A stretch of 64,000 nucleotides of DNA from Chiloscyllium plagiosum (taxonomy: Eukaryota): contig NC_057759.1 in the NCBI RefSeq assembly GCF_004010195.1, positions 6,450,368 to 6,514,367 of the forward strand. Direction: 5' to 3'. Below, piece after piece: positions 11,771 through 24,559 of the stretch; the first letter of the stretch is position 1; each line of letters begins with the position of its first letter. The notes under the pieces were generated by a model. The model had not been told where the DNA came from, searched no databases, and saw only the letters and a list, made by a program, of their open reading frames with translations. The translations under genes and the position numbers were made by a program.

Positions 11771-12570
11771 GTTACCACATTACAGGAAGGATGTGGAGGA
11801 TTTAGAGAGGGTGCGCAAGAGGTTTGCCAGAATGTTGTCTAGATTAGAGGGTATGAGCTATAAAAAGAAGCTAGAAAAACCCGGGTAGTTTTTTTCTGGC
11901 CAGCAAAGGCTGAGGAAGGACACCACTTCGACTGGGATAACACATCCATCCTATGAAAGGCTAAACTGAAAGATGCATGAGAATTCCTAGAAGCATGGTA
12001 TTCCAACTGGAATTCCATCAACAAACACATTGACTCGGATCCCATTTACCATGCTGGGAGAAAATGAACAGGAAATGACATCAGCAACCCAAGGAAACCT
12101 AACCACATAAATAGAAAGCGGGCCATACCACCAGTGCTTCATCTGGAGGCTCACTGATGATGTGACGCAGTATGGTGACAAAACGTCTGAAAAAAAACCT
12201 TCCACTTCAGCAAACAAACCTATATCCAGAAGTCTCTAAAATTATGAGATGCATGGCTAAGGTTAATGGTCAGAATCTTTTTCCAAGAGTTGAGATGTTG
12301 AACACTATGAGGCATGTGTACAAGGTAAGAGGAGGAAAGTTCAAAGGAGGCCTAAGGTGCAGTTTGTTTCAATGTAGAGTGGTAGGAGTAGAACGCATTG
12401 CCGGGGTGGTGATGGAGGCAGATGCGATACAGGTGTTGAAGGGACTTTAAAATAAGCAAATTAATATGCAAGAAATGGAGGCAGAAGGGATTAATTTCAT
12501 TTGGCGTCATGTTCGGCACAACTTTGTGGACTGAAGGACCCATTCCTGTGCTGCACCATTCGATGTTCAG
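11770..12570 (+). mobile_element. CR1 3' fragment interrupted by a nested Penelope-like fragment
   Basis: CR1 motifs (cacattacaggaaggatgtggag..., NGQNLFPRVE...YKVRGGKF) on both sides of 11918-12230. Confidence 0.75.
11918..12230 (+). mobile_element. Penelope-like element 3' fragment (family B) with degenerate hammerhead at 12154-12187
   Basis: GHHFDWDNTSIL...EFLEAWYSN.NSINKHIDSDPIY, like a PLE endonuclease C-terminus; ctgatga-tgtgac...gtgac-aaaacgtc core (GAAA>AAAA). Confidence 0.7.
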
Positions 12571-13714
12571 ATTTAATGCTGTGTATATTTCAGATGAGGA
12601 TTCATTCAAGTTGATTGGAAGTGGGTAGCATGCATTGTGAATATAGATAAAAAATATAAACTTCTATTTCCTTGGTGGTGTTTAACTCTTGGTTTGAACA
12701 TATCTTTCTGAAATGGTGCTCAATGTGAACCTCACTCAGTCCACTCTGTGACAGTGGAAAGGATGTCCTTCGCTCTGATGGCAGTAACTTATCAGCTGGT
12801 CACACTTGGCTCGGTACCAAGGAAATATTACATTGTCTTCATCCTTTGAGTATTTGTCTGGAGGAAGACAGAACAAATACCCCCTGTAAATCAACATCAG
12901 TTGTGATTGACAACATCAATGTAACATTCAGTTAATAATCATTAGGATTTTTTGTTCAACGCCAGTAATTTAAACAGAACCACCAGTCTGATTCCACTCC
13001 TGCTCTGAGCTGCTCCTTGTCCATTTTTTTTCTTAAAATTCTAATACCAGTTGAGTGAGATTTGGAAACTAAACAACACCCATACAGCTCCATGAATGGG
13101 GCCACCTGATGCAAGTGGGTATGTGGATATGTGAGTTTATACCTGTCAGTTCCTGCTTGGTGAATGTGTGAGTGTAGTTATCAAACTGTAAATTTCAGTA
13201 TGTGGTAAACATATTTACATATTCACACAGCAGAGACTGGTAGAGTCTGATTGATAACTAGAGAATCATAGAAATTAATACAGCATTGCGGGGATTCAGC
13301 CCATGTTGTCTATGCCAACGCAGACACACCCAGATGCCCCTTCTCATCCCACTTTCCTGCCACAGCCTGTAACCTTGCAGTTTACAACAGTTGATGTGCA
13401 GTTCCAGGGAATTTTTGTTTTAAAAAAAAATTAGGCAGCGAATTCCGGATACCCACCACTCTCTGCATAACAAACATATTTCCTCATATCATCTAATCCT
13501 ACAGCCACTTAGCTTGAATCTGTGATCCCTATTTTTTGAACTCTCTGCTAAAGGAAACTACTCTACTGTCTACTCTAATGTCTCCCTCTCACTAGTTAGT
13601 TAAAAAAAATCACTCAACACCATGTTATAGTTCAACAGTTTTACATGGAAGTGCACACTTTCGGAGTGCTGCTGATTCATCAGGTGGCCCACTATTTAGT
13701 ACTGTAGACAACAC

Positions 13715-13933
13715 CCCCCCGCCTCCTGTATCTGTGAGGGTTACATTCCAGGACCTATGGTGGAAGCCCAAAACCGCAGATAGGTGTGAATCCATTAATT
13801 TAAATGGGAAATATACTCTCTCAGCAGCCTCCTGGTTCTGGTACATTCCCTTTTATATACTCAGAATACGGTAAACCACAGGTAAGTGAAACCACGACAG
13901 CCAGACCCGCAGATAAAGGTGTCGCCTCTGTAA
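13715..13933. mobile_element. Tigger/pogo-like non-autonomous DNA transposon (MITE)
   Basis: Ends resemble MER2/Tigger termini (ctgtatctgtgagggttacattccaggacc ... ccgcagataaaggtgtcgcctctgta). Confidence 0.5.
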
Positions 13934-13959
13934 TCCTTAATCCCCAACAGGTGTCGCCC

Positions 13960-14665
13960 CTGTAATCCCCAACCTCTCCTGATAGCAACAATTCACCAGC
14001 CCTGGCATTCTAGTAAATCTCCTCGGCACTCTCTCCAGAGCAATGACGCCCTTCCTGTAATGTGGTGATCCGATTGCACACAATACTCCTGTTGTAGCCA
14101 CCAATGCCTCATACAGTTTCATTGTTATTTCCCTACTTTTGTGTTCCATTCCTCTGCCAATGAAGGAGAGCATTCCATGCGCCTTCTTTACAACCCCATC
14201 CATCTTTAGGGACCTGTGCATTTGCACATTAAGATCTCTCACTTAACCTGCCCCTTCAGTATATTCCCATTTACTGGCTATTCCCATTTATTGTCTGACT
14301 TCCCAAAATGCATTCCCTCACACTTATCAGAGCTGAACTCCATCTGCCACTTTCCTGCCCACTCCAACAAACCATCTACATAGTTATGGAGCTTACAGCT
14401 ATCCTCCACACTATGGCCAAATTTTTGTGTCGTCTGCAAATTTCACAAATTTGCCCACCATATTCAACTCCAAATCATTAATGAATAAAACAAACAGCAG
14501 AGGTCCCAACAATGAGCCATGCAGAGCACTACTCAAAACAGCTTTCCATTCACAAGAGCAGCATTCGACCATTACCCTTTCTTTCCTGTGACTGAGCCAA
14601 CTTTGGATCCAATTCAACATATTAACCTGTATCCCATGGGACTTTACTTTTTGGACCAATCTGCT
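13960..14665 (-). mobile_element. CR1 LINE RT fragment
   Basis: Minus frames HGSLLGPLLFVLFINDL..KFADDTK and KKAHGMLSFIGRGMEHKSRE. Confidence 0.85.
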
Positions 14666-15012
14666 GTGATGATGCTGCTCGTTTAACAAGCTTGTAAAAG
14701 ACACAGGCTCCGAAAAGTTTGATTTTTAAGGCCATATTGATTATAACTTAACAGATAATGCCTTCGCCAAAGGCTTCATATTTTTAAAAAGAACACTTGT
14801 ACAATGAAAGGGGAGTGGCCCAATTTTCCCAGCTCAGCCTTTCTCTGGTTTGATTTGGTTTTTGACTGTCTGGCTATTGACTGAAAGCAGTCAGGCAGTT
14901 GAAAAAAGCTGCTGAACCCATAGAAGCAGGTCCATGATGGTACTCTCTCTCTCTGACATCTCTCCTGTAAGATCCTGTGTTTGATTTTACATTTTGTGCC
15001 AAAGGGTGTTAT
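14666..15012. mobile_element. Truncated LTR-like repeat abutting an orphan histone stem-loop
   Basis: Begins tgtgatga exactly where the CR1 fragment stops; composition resembles the LTR at 21834; other end not identified. Confidence 0.35.
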
Positions 15013-15056
15013 GGCTCTTTTCAGAGCCATCCAAACCTTCCGATAGAGAGCAGAGA
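15013..15056 (+). terminator. Orphan histone 3' stem-loop + purine-rich downstream element
   Basis: GGCTCTTTTCAGAGCC (15013-15028), then ATCCA and gatagagagcag; no histone CDS upstream. Confidence 0.85.
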
Positions 15057-15826
15057 CCTGAGGACGGTGAAGGCAACACATACGGAGAGCATAGTGTAGT
15101 GTTGCCGGTAATTTAACGTGTCATTTGTCATTTAATTTGTTACGTTATAATTTGTCATTTTTCCCAGACACTGATGTTACATATTGCTATTTCACTGGAG
15201 ACGTTTAAAGTGCTCCTTTACAACGCTATCATACTTCCACAGTCCGTGTTTCCTGTATTGACAGCATAATGTCAACAGCGAAAAACAAAAGCCAAACAAT
15301 GAAATTTCACCACTCTTCGGAAAACATTTTGTTACTGCACTTTAGCTGCCTGTGTAGTCTGTCATCAATTATCTTTCTATAAATGCATCACAGCCAGTTT
15401 CGTATGGCTCTAACCGCATTAGGAATAGCTGAAAATGACCCAACTAATCGGAAATCCATGAGTTTATAAACAGTCTGTTCGCTCACCGCCTGTGCTGATT
15501 GTCCAGTGCGGTCATGGGGTCCCTACCCGTAAAGAGAGAATACATTAAAGTGCACTCGGTCATTTAATGCGCTCATCGGGAAGAATGTTCATACCGCCAT
15601 CTCCAAATCATGACTACTGTCGGAGATTAGAACTTCTTGATGAAATGTCTTTCCGCTCATTGTCCCTCAGCTGTAACTGAACGTGGCTGAGGAGGGTGGG
15701 GTGGAAATTGGCACCAAAACATCCACCGGTTTCTTTCAGATTTGAAAATGCAGTCAAGATGTAGAAAGTAGGAGGCAGTTTGAATGAGAAGAATGCATGT
15801 GTAATTAATAGTGGGTTTGTTTTTAG

Positions 15827-16066
<240 letters not shown>

Positions 16067-16116
16067 ACGGAGCCTGGCCGGCCCTGCACATTCACCCAGA
16101 GAGAGAGAAACACAAC

Positions 16117-16155
16117 GGCTCTTTTCAGAGCCACTAAACTAGCCAGAGAGAGCCG
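16117..16155 (+). terminator. H3 histone stem-loop and HDE
   Basis: GGCTCTTTTCAGAGCC (16117-16132), ACTAA, cagagagagccg. Confidence 0.95.
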
Positions 16156-17512
16156 AAATCCACCATTGGATACGGCCCATTGAGTCTGAACCGAGCCTCC
16201 CAAGAGAGTGTGAACTAAAAACAAACCCACTATTAATTACACATACATTCTTCTCATTCAAACTGCCTCCTACTTTCTACATCTTGACTGCATTTTCAAA
16301 TCTGAAAGAAACCGGTTGATGTTTTGGTGCCAATTTCCACCCCACCCTCCTCAGCCACGTTCAGTTACAGCTGAGGGACAATGAGCGGAAAGACATTTCA
16401 TCAAGAAGTTCTAATCTCCGACAGTAGTCATGATTTGGAGATGGCGGTATGAACATTCTTCCCGATGAGCGCATTAAATGACCGAGTGCACTTTAATGTA
16501 TTCTCTCTTTACGGGTAGGGACCCCATGACCGCACTGGACAATCAGCACAGGCGGTGAGCGAACAGACTGTTTATAAACTCGTGGGTTTCCGATTAGTTG
16601 GGTCATTTTCAGCTATTCCTAATGCGGTTAGAGCCATGCGAAACTGGCTGTGATGCATTTATAGAAAGATAATTGATGACAGACTACACAGGCAGCTAAA
16701 GTGCAGGAACAAAATGTTTTCCGAAGAGTGGTGAAATTTCATTGTTTGGCTTTTGTTTTTCGCTGTTGACATTATGCTGTCAATACAGGAAACACGGACT
16801 GTGGAAACATGATAGCGTTGTAAAGGAGCACTTTAAACGTCTCCAGTGAAATAGGGCCCATTGTTCTTCTCTTTAACTGTTAGCGTCGTGGGTGCCGGGG
16901 GATGGCGATAAGTAATATTGGCGCCAAGACATCAACGGCTTATCTTCAAATTTGAAAATGCCTGCCAACGTGTACAAGAGCAGGATGTTTTAGAGGAGAA
17001 TGTATGCGTTGATTGTGTTTTTCATTGCAAAATTGGAGTTCAGACAGTCTCAGTTTACCCCATCCCCTCCTTTTCAGCTGAAAAATGCCTCGCTGGTGTT
17101 CAATCTGCTCTCTCTCTCTCTCTCGCTCCAGAGGATGGGGATAAAAGACTGTATATGAACCGAGCAGAGAGTAAAGCGCAGAGGGTCAGGGACGACTCCT
17201 TCAGCGACTGACGAGTTACTGCTCTGGATCAACCCAACCAGTCCCAACTTCAACGAACTGTGAAACTAATGGAAGGTCAAACGCGATCTGGGACGTTCGT
17301 AACACCAGTCTAAACTCATTGGACATTACCTAAAGCCAGATCCCTCAGGCAGTGAGAAATAGCGTAGTTCCAGACACTGTTGCAATCGTATTTTATGATA
17401 TATTCTTCCTCTGCTCCCACAGACAGTAACAGTATCCAATGAAAAGGAGATAGGATTTCCTCGATGTCAGGTACAAAGCCCAGGGCTCTGAAATACGTAA
17501 TTAGACAGAGAT

Positions 17513-17554
17513 CAACTCCTTTCACAGATGCTGTGAGTGGCTCTTAAAAGAACC
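17513..17554 (-). terminator. H2A histone stem-loop and HDE
   Basis: Minus strand CCCAAA-GGTTCTTTTAAGAGCC-ACTCA ... GAAAGGAGTTG. Confidence 0.95.
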
Positions 17555-17584
17555 TTTGGGTTGGTAGATTCAAGAATACTCTCT

Positions 17585-18230
<646 letters not shown>

Positions 18231-19243
18231 TTACAAACAAAGGAATATATTTTACATTGAAAAACGAAGTACTAAAAAAACTGAGGAGGTTTTTAAAACA
18301 CTTACTACTCGTATGTCAAGTTACTTTTACTTTACAAATGTATCCTTCTCACGGTCTTACTCTCCCTCATTTGCCCACCACTATCTGTCCATCTCTGATC
18401 TTGAGAATGGGTAATTTTCTAAAACTTAAGCTTAAACAAAACAGGCCAAACACTGCAGTCTACAACACATTTCAATAACACCCCAACATGTTAATAAAGC
18501 AGCACACAACATTCTTCCGGCTCAGTATCGATGGCGATGTTTAGACGATATTTTAAAGCCGTCCTCCCTTATCGCTCTCGATCAGATTCAGCATAATCAC
18601 CACGTTTCAGTCCGGCAACTGTTTTGGTATTCTCTCAGTTAAAGCCTCTCACCGACCGGCAGAAAGGGCTTTGCATTTGCATTCTGAAAAATCGGATTAA
18701 AGCCGCGCAATGGAAATGTTTTTTTAAAGAGTAAAATGCGTAAATCCGTGCGACTTGAAGCTGTTGGCACTTCCATTTGGTTTGTTTGGGTGAAAATAAT
18801 TGTTAACATTCCACCAGGGCTTTTAGCAACTTGAACAAATAAGATGAATGATGACTCCCTCGTGTTTAATCTGTTCTCTCTCTGATGAAGTCGCTCTCCC
18901 CACCTCGTCAATTTGCAAAGCACTTATAATATCAAAAAGTTCTCGAAGAAAGATACCGGGTCAAAACACACTAAAACAAATCAATCTTAAAAAATGACTC
19001 ACTGGTGCTTAATCTGCTGTCTCCCTATAGAGAGGGGAAGGGGCTGTTTGTGATGTATTCAACACCCCCCCCCCCCCCCTCCCCTTTCCCCTTCCCCTTC
19101 ATTCACGCATCTCATCAAGTTGCAAAGCAATTATAAAAGTGAATGCAGTGCCAAATCTTAAAATACCTTATCAAGAATCACATGCAGACTAAAACAAACA
19201 AGTCTTAAAGAAATGGTTCAGCTGTGCCAGGAAGGTTGTGTGT

Positions 19244-19259
19244 GGCTCTTATAAGAGCC
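19244..19259 (-). terminator. H2B histone stem-loop
   Basis: CCAAA-GGCTCTTATAAGAGCC-ACACA; downstream element weakened (GGCACAGCTG). Confidence 0.92.
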
Positions 19260-19300
19260 TTTGGTTTTTGGGTGTGTTTATCTCCGTGCAATGCAGTTCT

Positions 19301-19674
19301 TCACTTGGAGCTGGTGTACTTGGTCACCGCCTTTGTACCCTCCGACACGGCGTGCTTGGCCAGCTCCTCGGGCAGCAGCAGCCGCACGGCGGTCTGGATC
19401 TCCCGGGAGCTGATGGTGCTGCGCTTGTTGTAATGGGCCAGGCGGGAAGCCTCCCCCGCGATGCGCTCGAAAATATCGCTGACGAACGAGTTCATGATGC
19501 TCATGGCCTTGGAGGAGACGCCGGTGTCAGGGTGAACCTGCTTCATTACTTTGTAGATGTAGATGGAGTAAATTTCTTTCCTGGACCGCCTCCTTTTCTT
19601 GCCGCCCTTCGCTGGCGCCTTCTTCACCGCTTTCTTAGCGCCCTTCTTGGACGCTTGCTGTGCTTTCTTCTCAT
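19301..19674 (-). pseudogene. H2B: Histone H2B lacking its start codon
   Basis: Frame [38 protein letters not shown]...KYTSSK* runs directly into an A-tract; substitutions at conserved sites (KEIY for KESY, PEELA for PGELA). Confidence 0.93.
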
Positions 19675-19840
19675 TTTTTTTTATATTTCAAAAATACACT
19701 TTATTCATAAAATAATTTGATGGTCTGTACAGTTGGTCATGCCATACATACGTAAACATTTACATACAGAGATCAGAATTTACCATTTTTTTAGATACAG
19801 GTCTGTACGTTTATCAATCATATGTCCATATATTTAGCTG
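19675..19840 (-). mobile_element. Poly(A)-tailed retroelement 3' end (L1/Tx1-like) fused to H2B
   Basis: Minus strand ...ttttatgAATAAAgtgtatttttgaaatatAAAAAAAAA joined to the H2B N-terminal codons. Confidence 0.65.
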
Positions 19841-19997
19841 TGATTGGTTAGGGTGGGACCCAACGTGGATCTGTCAACGAAATGTGAAGTGGATGGTGAT
19901 TCTGTTCCTGTCAGTCTGACTGAGGGAGATTTGTTTTATATCTGTTTCTGGTCCTCTCTCTGGGCTGGAATTAACACTGAGCTTGCCACTTTTCTAA

Positions 19998-20290
19998 GTG
20001 GTTACACTGCTGCCTCACAGCGCCAGGGACCCTGGTTCGATTCCGGTTTTGGGCGACTGTCTGTGTGGAATTTGCACATTGTCCCCGTGTCGGGTGCTCA
20101 GTTTTCCTCTCACAATTCAGACGTGCAGGGAGGTGAATTGGCCATGTTTACTGCCCATAATGTTCCGGGGTGTGTAGGTTAGGTGCATTAATCAGGGGTA
20201 AATGCAGAATGGGTCTGGGTGGTTACTCTTCGGAGGGTCGGTGTTGACTTGTTCGACCGAAGTGCCTAACTCTACATTGTAGGGATTCTA
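19998..20290 (+). mobile_element. HE1-like SINE
   Basis: cactgctgcctcacagcgccagggaccctggttcgattcc head with B-box; gtagggattcta tail. Confidence 0.85.
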
Positions 20291-21110
20291 AGACTGAGAG
20301 TGTTTTCTAGGTTTGGGGTTGATGGAATTCCTTCTCAACTGCACGGAGTTGGAGAGAGATGACAAAAAGCTCCCATTTAAAACTTTTCTTGAGTCACGGG
20401 TTGAAAATGCCCGTCTTGACTGTGGGATTGTATATTTCTGAGAACTTGATTGCTAACTGTGGGCCCAGAGACCGATCTGTAACTGTGTGCTTTGCAAGTA
20501 ACGACAGTTTATCAGAACCACGTTGCTGCAGTTTTTATTTCGGAGTATTGAACTTTCATGCAGGGATTGAGAACATTTCTCAGTTTCATACGAATGCCTG
20601 TTAACCAGCAACCGTTAGCATGTTATATATGTATCACTTTAACTTTGTATCTATCGAATCCTTATTTAGACATTTGGCATGAATTCAACACCTGTCCATT
20701 GACCTCTGTGTAACAGTCAATTAGTGTTACTTCAAGACAGGTTTTATTCTGTGATGTAAGCGGTAAAACTTCACACCATTTGCCTGCCACTTGGAAATGT
20801 TCCTCCGATCTGTGCCTAACCATCTCTGGGAGGTAAAGCATTTTTGTTTACTCTCTTTCACAGTCTTTACAAGCCAGTATGTTACTGGACTGTAACTCAA
20901 ACTTTCTGAAATGTAACTTGTTGTTTTTACTCTCGAGGTGTCAGTCATTAACATAAGAATGTGTCTCATTTAGTATCGACAATTTTGAGTGTGACCAAAC
21001 ACCACTTTGGGATGTCTCAAAGCAGAAGGCAATAAGAAAAATGAGAAGTCAGTGACATTTTTATCTGCCTGTGTGTACTAAAGTTCTGAGAATGTGTGTT
21101 ATCAAAATGT

Positions 21111-21419
21111 TTGAGAGAAAGTGAGGGCTGCAGATGCTGGAGATCAGAGCTGAAAATGTGTTGCTGGAAAAGCGCAGCAGGTCAGGCAGCATCCAAGGAA
21201 CAGGAGAATCGACGTTTCGGGCATAAGCCCTTCTTCAGGAATGAGAAAGTGTGTCCAGCAGGCTAAGATAAAAGGTAGGGAGGAGGGACTTGGGGGAGGG
21301 GCTTTGGAAATGCGATAGGTGGAGGGATGTCAAGGTGAGGGTTATGCCCGAAACGTCGATTCTCCTGTTCCTTGGATGCTGCCTGACCTGCTGCGCTTTT
21401 CCAGCAACACATTTTCAAC
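21111..21419. mobile_element. Penelope-like short inverted-structure insertion (family C) with 14-bp TSD
   Basis: Arms 21147-21228 and 21342-21420 are reverse complements; tgttatcaaaatgt at 21097-21110 and 21420-21433. Confidence 0.85.
21211..21238 (-). ncRNA. Minimal hammerhead ribozyme core (PLE family C)
   Basis: CTGAAGA-A-GGGC-TTAT-GCCC-GAA-ACGT-C, GUC cleavage triplet. Confidence 0.7.
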
Positions 21420-21833
21420 TGTTATCAAAATGTACCTGCCAGTTTTTTTTAATGAATATGAGAACTTTGTTTTAAATCTATACCCGTCAGTTTCTCCAAT
21501 GTGAATGTTTGAGTGCAGTTTTCAATCTTTACCTGACAGTTTCAACTAAATCAATGGATGAGTGCATTTGAAAGTATCTTTCAATGTGTGCACTGTGAAT
21601 AAATGAGTGTACTTATAATATTTGGTTCTGTTTAACATGACACTTGCCAGAAACTGCAGGAGCACTTTTTTTACTTCAAGTCTCTGTTGATCAACATGAA
21701 TAAGATTTTATTTATTGCCATCCATGTCAGGGTAGCATGGTGGCACACTGGTGCCAGGGACCCAGTTTCAATTCCAGACTTGGTTCATTGTGCAAATTGC
21801 ACACAGACATGTTCCCCGTGTCTGCATTGGTTT

Positions 21834-22525
21834 TGATACGACATGGGGTAAACCCCTTTGCTAATTTAAAACCAGCAACACAGAAAAGATTTATCCCATG
21901 CAGTAATCTGTGAAAATTTGATAGGCCAAGAACTAGTTAAAGTAAAGATTGACAGTTTTATATATTAAAGTATAACAGAGTGATTAACTAACAAGTATTT
22001 ACAACTCCTTCTTCTAACCTATCTTCTATAATACTAGTCTGATAGAACTCATGATTAAGATTTACAAAACAAAACTGCTTATCTCAAAACCAGCAGCTTT
22101 TGGTTCTTTTCTGTATTCGGGTTGTCTTTTGTTCTTCTTGGGGATTGTGCTTCACAGGTCACTGATCGATAAAGGTACCTTTAACAGAGCTAATTTTCAG
22201 GCAGGTTTTTTACATGCTGGTGGCTTGGCAATTCTCCTCCCAACTGTTCAATTTTCCCCGGTCTTATACCTCCAGAGCTTCGGATGTGTCATTGACTTTT
22301 AAGATTGTTAAAATACACAATTCAAACTGGAATGGAATTTGATATTTTCGGGATATAATTTCAACCAAGTGGTTGAATTTAAATGTTTTTGTCTCCAGGC
22401 AAACAGCTACTTGGGTTGTTTGACTAAATGTTATTTTGTCTTTTTTCGGAACACTTAGAGATGTCCAGTAGTTCTACTGGCTGATAACTTTCTTAAAGGT
22501 ACAGTACACCCACATCTTCATAACA
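21834..22525. mobile_element. Solo LTR inserted in an HE1-like SINE (21728-22760)
   Basis: TG...CA ends (tgatacga / cataaca), 4-bp flanks gttt/gttc, SINE sequence resumes on both sides. Confidence 0.75.
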
Positions 22526-23896
22526 GTTCCCTCTTGGTGCTCTAGTTTCCTTTCACAGTCCAAACATGTGCAAGTTAGCTGGATTAGCCATTGTAAATTG
22601 CCCTGCAATATTCAGCAATGCTCAGACTAGGTGGGTTAACTATGGTAAAAATGTGGTTACGGGGGAAGGGTGGGGTCTATATCTGGGTGGGATGTGCTTT
22701 GGCGAGTTGTTGCAAGCTGATGGGCCGAATGACCTCTATCTGCACTGGATAAATTTTATGTACTGTAAATGAAAGTGAGACTTTTTATACCACTGTCAGT
22801 CTCTGACACTCTAAGCAGTTTGGATAATTTCCACAGTTTATTTGATGGTAAGTTTATGATTGTAAGATATTTTCTGGATTGGTCAGTCTCTGGTCTGAAT
22901 GTGTACTTTGAATTTATTGTTAACATGTTTATAAAAAGACCAGTATGAGAGTTTTTCATTGTGTCCAATAATCTCTGGGTATCTGTTTAAATGTGTACCT
23001 TTCATGTCAATTTTTGATTTCCCTTTGAACCATTTGAAAACAAAGTATGTATTCAGTCATTTCATCTGAGATGTATTCTGTTTTCTCCTGGTGGAAACAA
23101 ATTAAATTGCAATATTTGTTTCAATCTGGCACTTGGCCTGCTATTTAATTCCTCCAGTTTGGACAAAAAGAATTGATACATGAATTACATACAGTCAGAG
23201 AGTCAGACAGCATGTTTAAGCCATGGTGAAATAATTGGATGAATAATTAGTCTGGATTTTTATTTACTTCTTTCCCTCTTAAGTGGAATACATTGTGAGC
23301 ATGCAATAGGTTCAGTATTTTCTAATAAACAAGTAGAATGTACTTTTTGACCAAGTTGATAACATGCATTTAAAATCTATAGGAAGTTCACTTGTACACT
23401 GGGGCTGACACACACTCACACTGTCCTGGATAACTTGGTTAATAAAATGCTAATTCTCCCAACTGAGACCTCTTTGAGTTCATGTTTTTTTCTATTTTTT
23501 CCCCAAAAGACCTATTGACCTAACAGTATTTCTGTACTTTGCAAGTTATTCTGTATCCACTGTGTATTGGCACCATCTCACTCTTTGTTCTGTCCAGAAA
23601 TTATCATTTTCCTTCAAGTCCTTCATTACACAAACAGTCTGCAACTGTTTGTTCTTCTTTGAGTGCAGAACTCATTTTGTTTCTTCCATTCACTGGTAAG
23701 ATTTTGTTCTTGGGAAGTACTTTGTACCTGTCAGTCTGTGCTACTCAAAGGGACTGTGGATATAGCTTATTGTCCTTCAAAACTCTGCTCAGATGGGACA
23801 GACTGTGCACAGATTAGAGCAATATTGACTTGTGAAAAACTTGGAAACTAAAATTTAATGTTGACTACATATGCTGTTGTGTACATGCATTGATTT

Positions 23897-24206
23897 TTAG
23901 ATTAGATTAGATTTCCTACAGTGTGGAAACAGGTCCTTCAGCCCAACAGGTCCACACTGACCCTCCAAAGAGTAACCCACCCAAACACCTTTTCCCTCTG
24001 AATTATGCACCAAATTGACAATTTAAGCATGGCCAATTCACCTGACCTGCACATCTTTGGACTGTGGGAGGAAACCGGAGTACCCGGAGGAAACCCACAC
24101 AGACACAGGGAGAATGTGCAAACTCCACACAGTCACCCGAAGTTGCATTCGAACCCGGGACTCTGATGCTGTGAGGCAACAGTGCTAACCACTGAGCCAC
24201 TGTGCC
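23897..24206 (-). mobile_element. HE1-like SINE with (ttaga)n tail
   Basis: Reverse complement of the HE1 head/core; ttagattagattaga tail. Confidence 0.88.
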
Positions 24207-24559
24207 AAAAGAATTTTGAAAGGAACAGTTGTTATGGTACAGGAAGGATGCCCACACTTGATTAATCCTGCTTCAATCTTCCTGCACTGTGTTACTGAGC
24301 AGTTTAAATGTTTGCTGTTAAGTGGACAGCCAGTTAGCAAAGGAGAGAGTTTTCAGTTCATGTTTCGTGAAGTGAATGGGAAAGATCTTAATTTCTTTGA
24401 CTGTATCTGTAGGATTCACAGACAAGTGAAACCAGAACACAATGTCACAGAAAGGATCTGTGCTGTTCTTCAGAGTCAAGGAGGTAAATGCAATGGACTT
24501 TTGCAACTCCGATAGTACGGAGTCTAACTGGGGATAATGATATCAAGGTGTGGCCTTTA

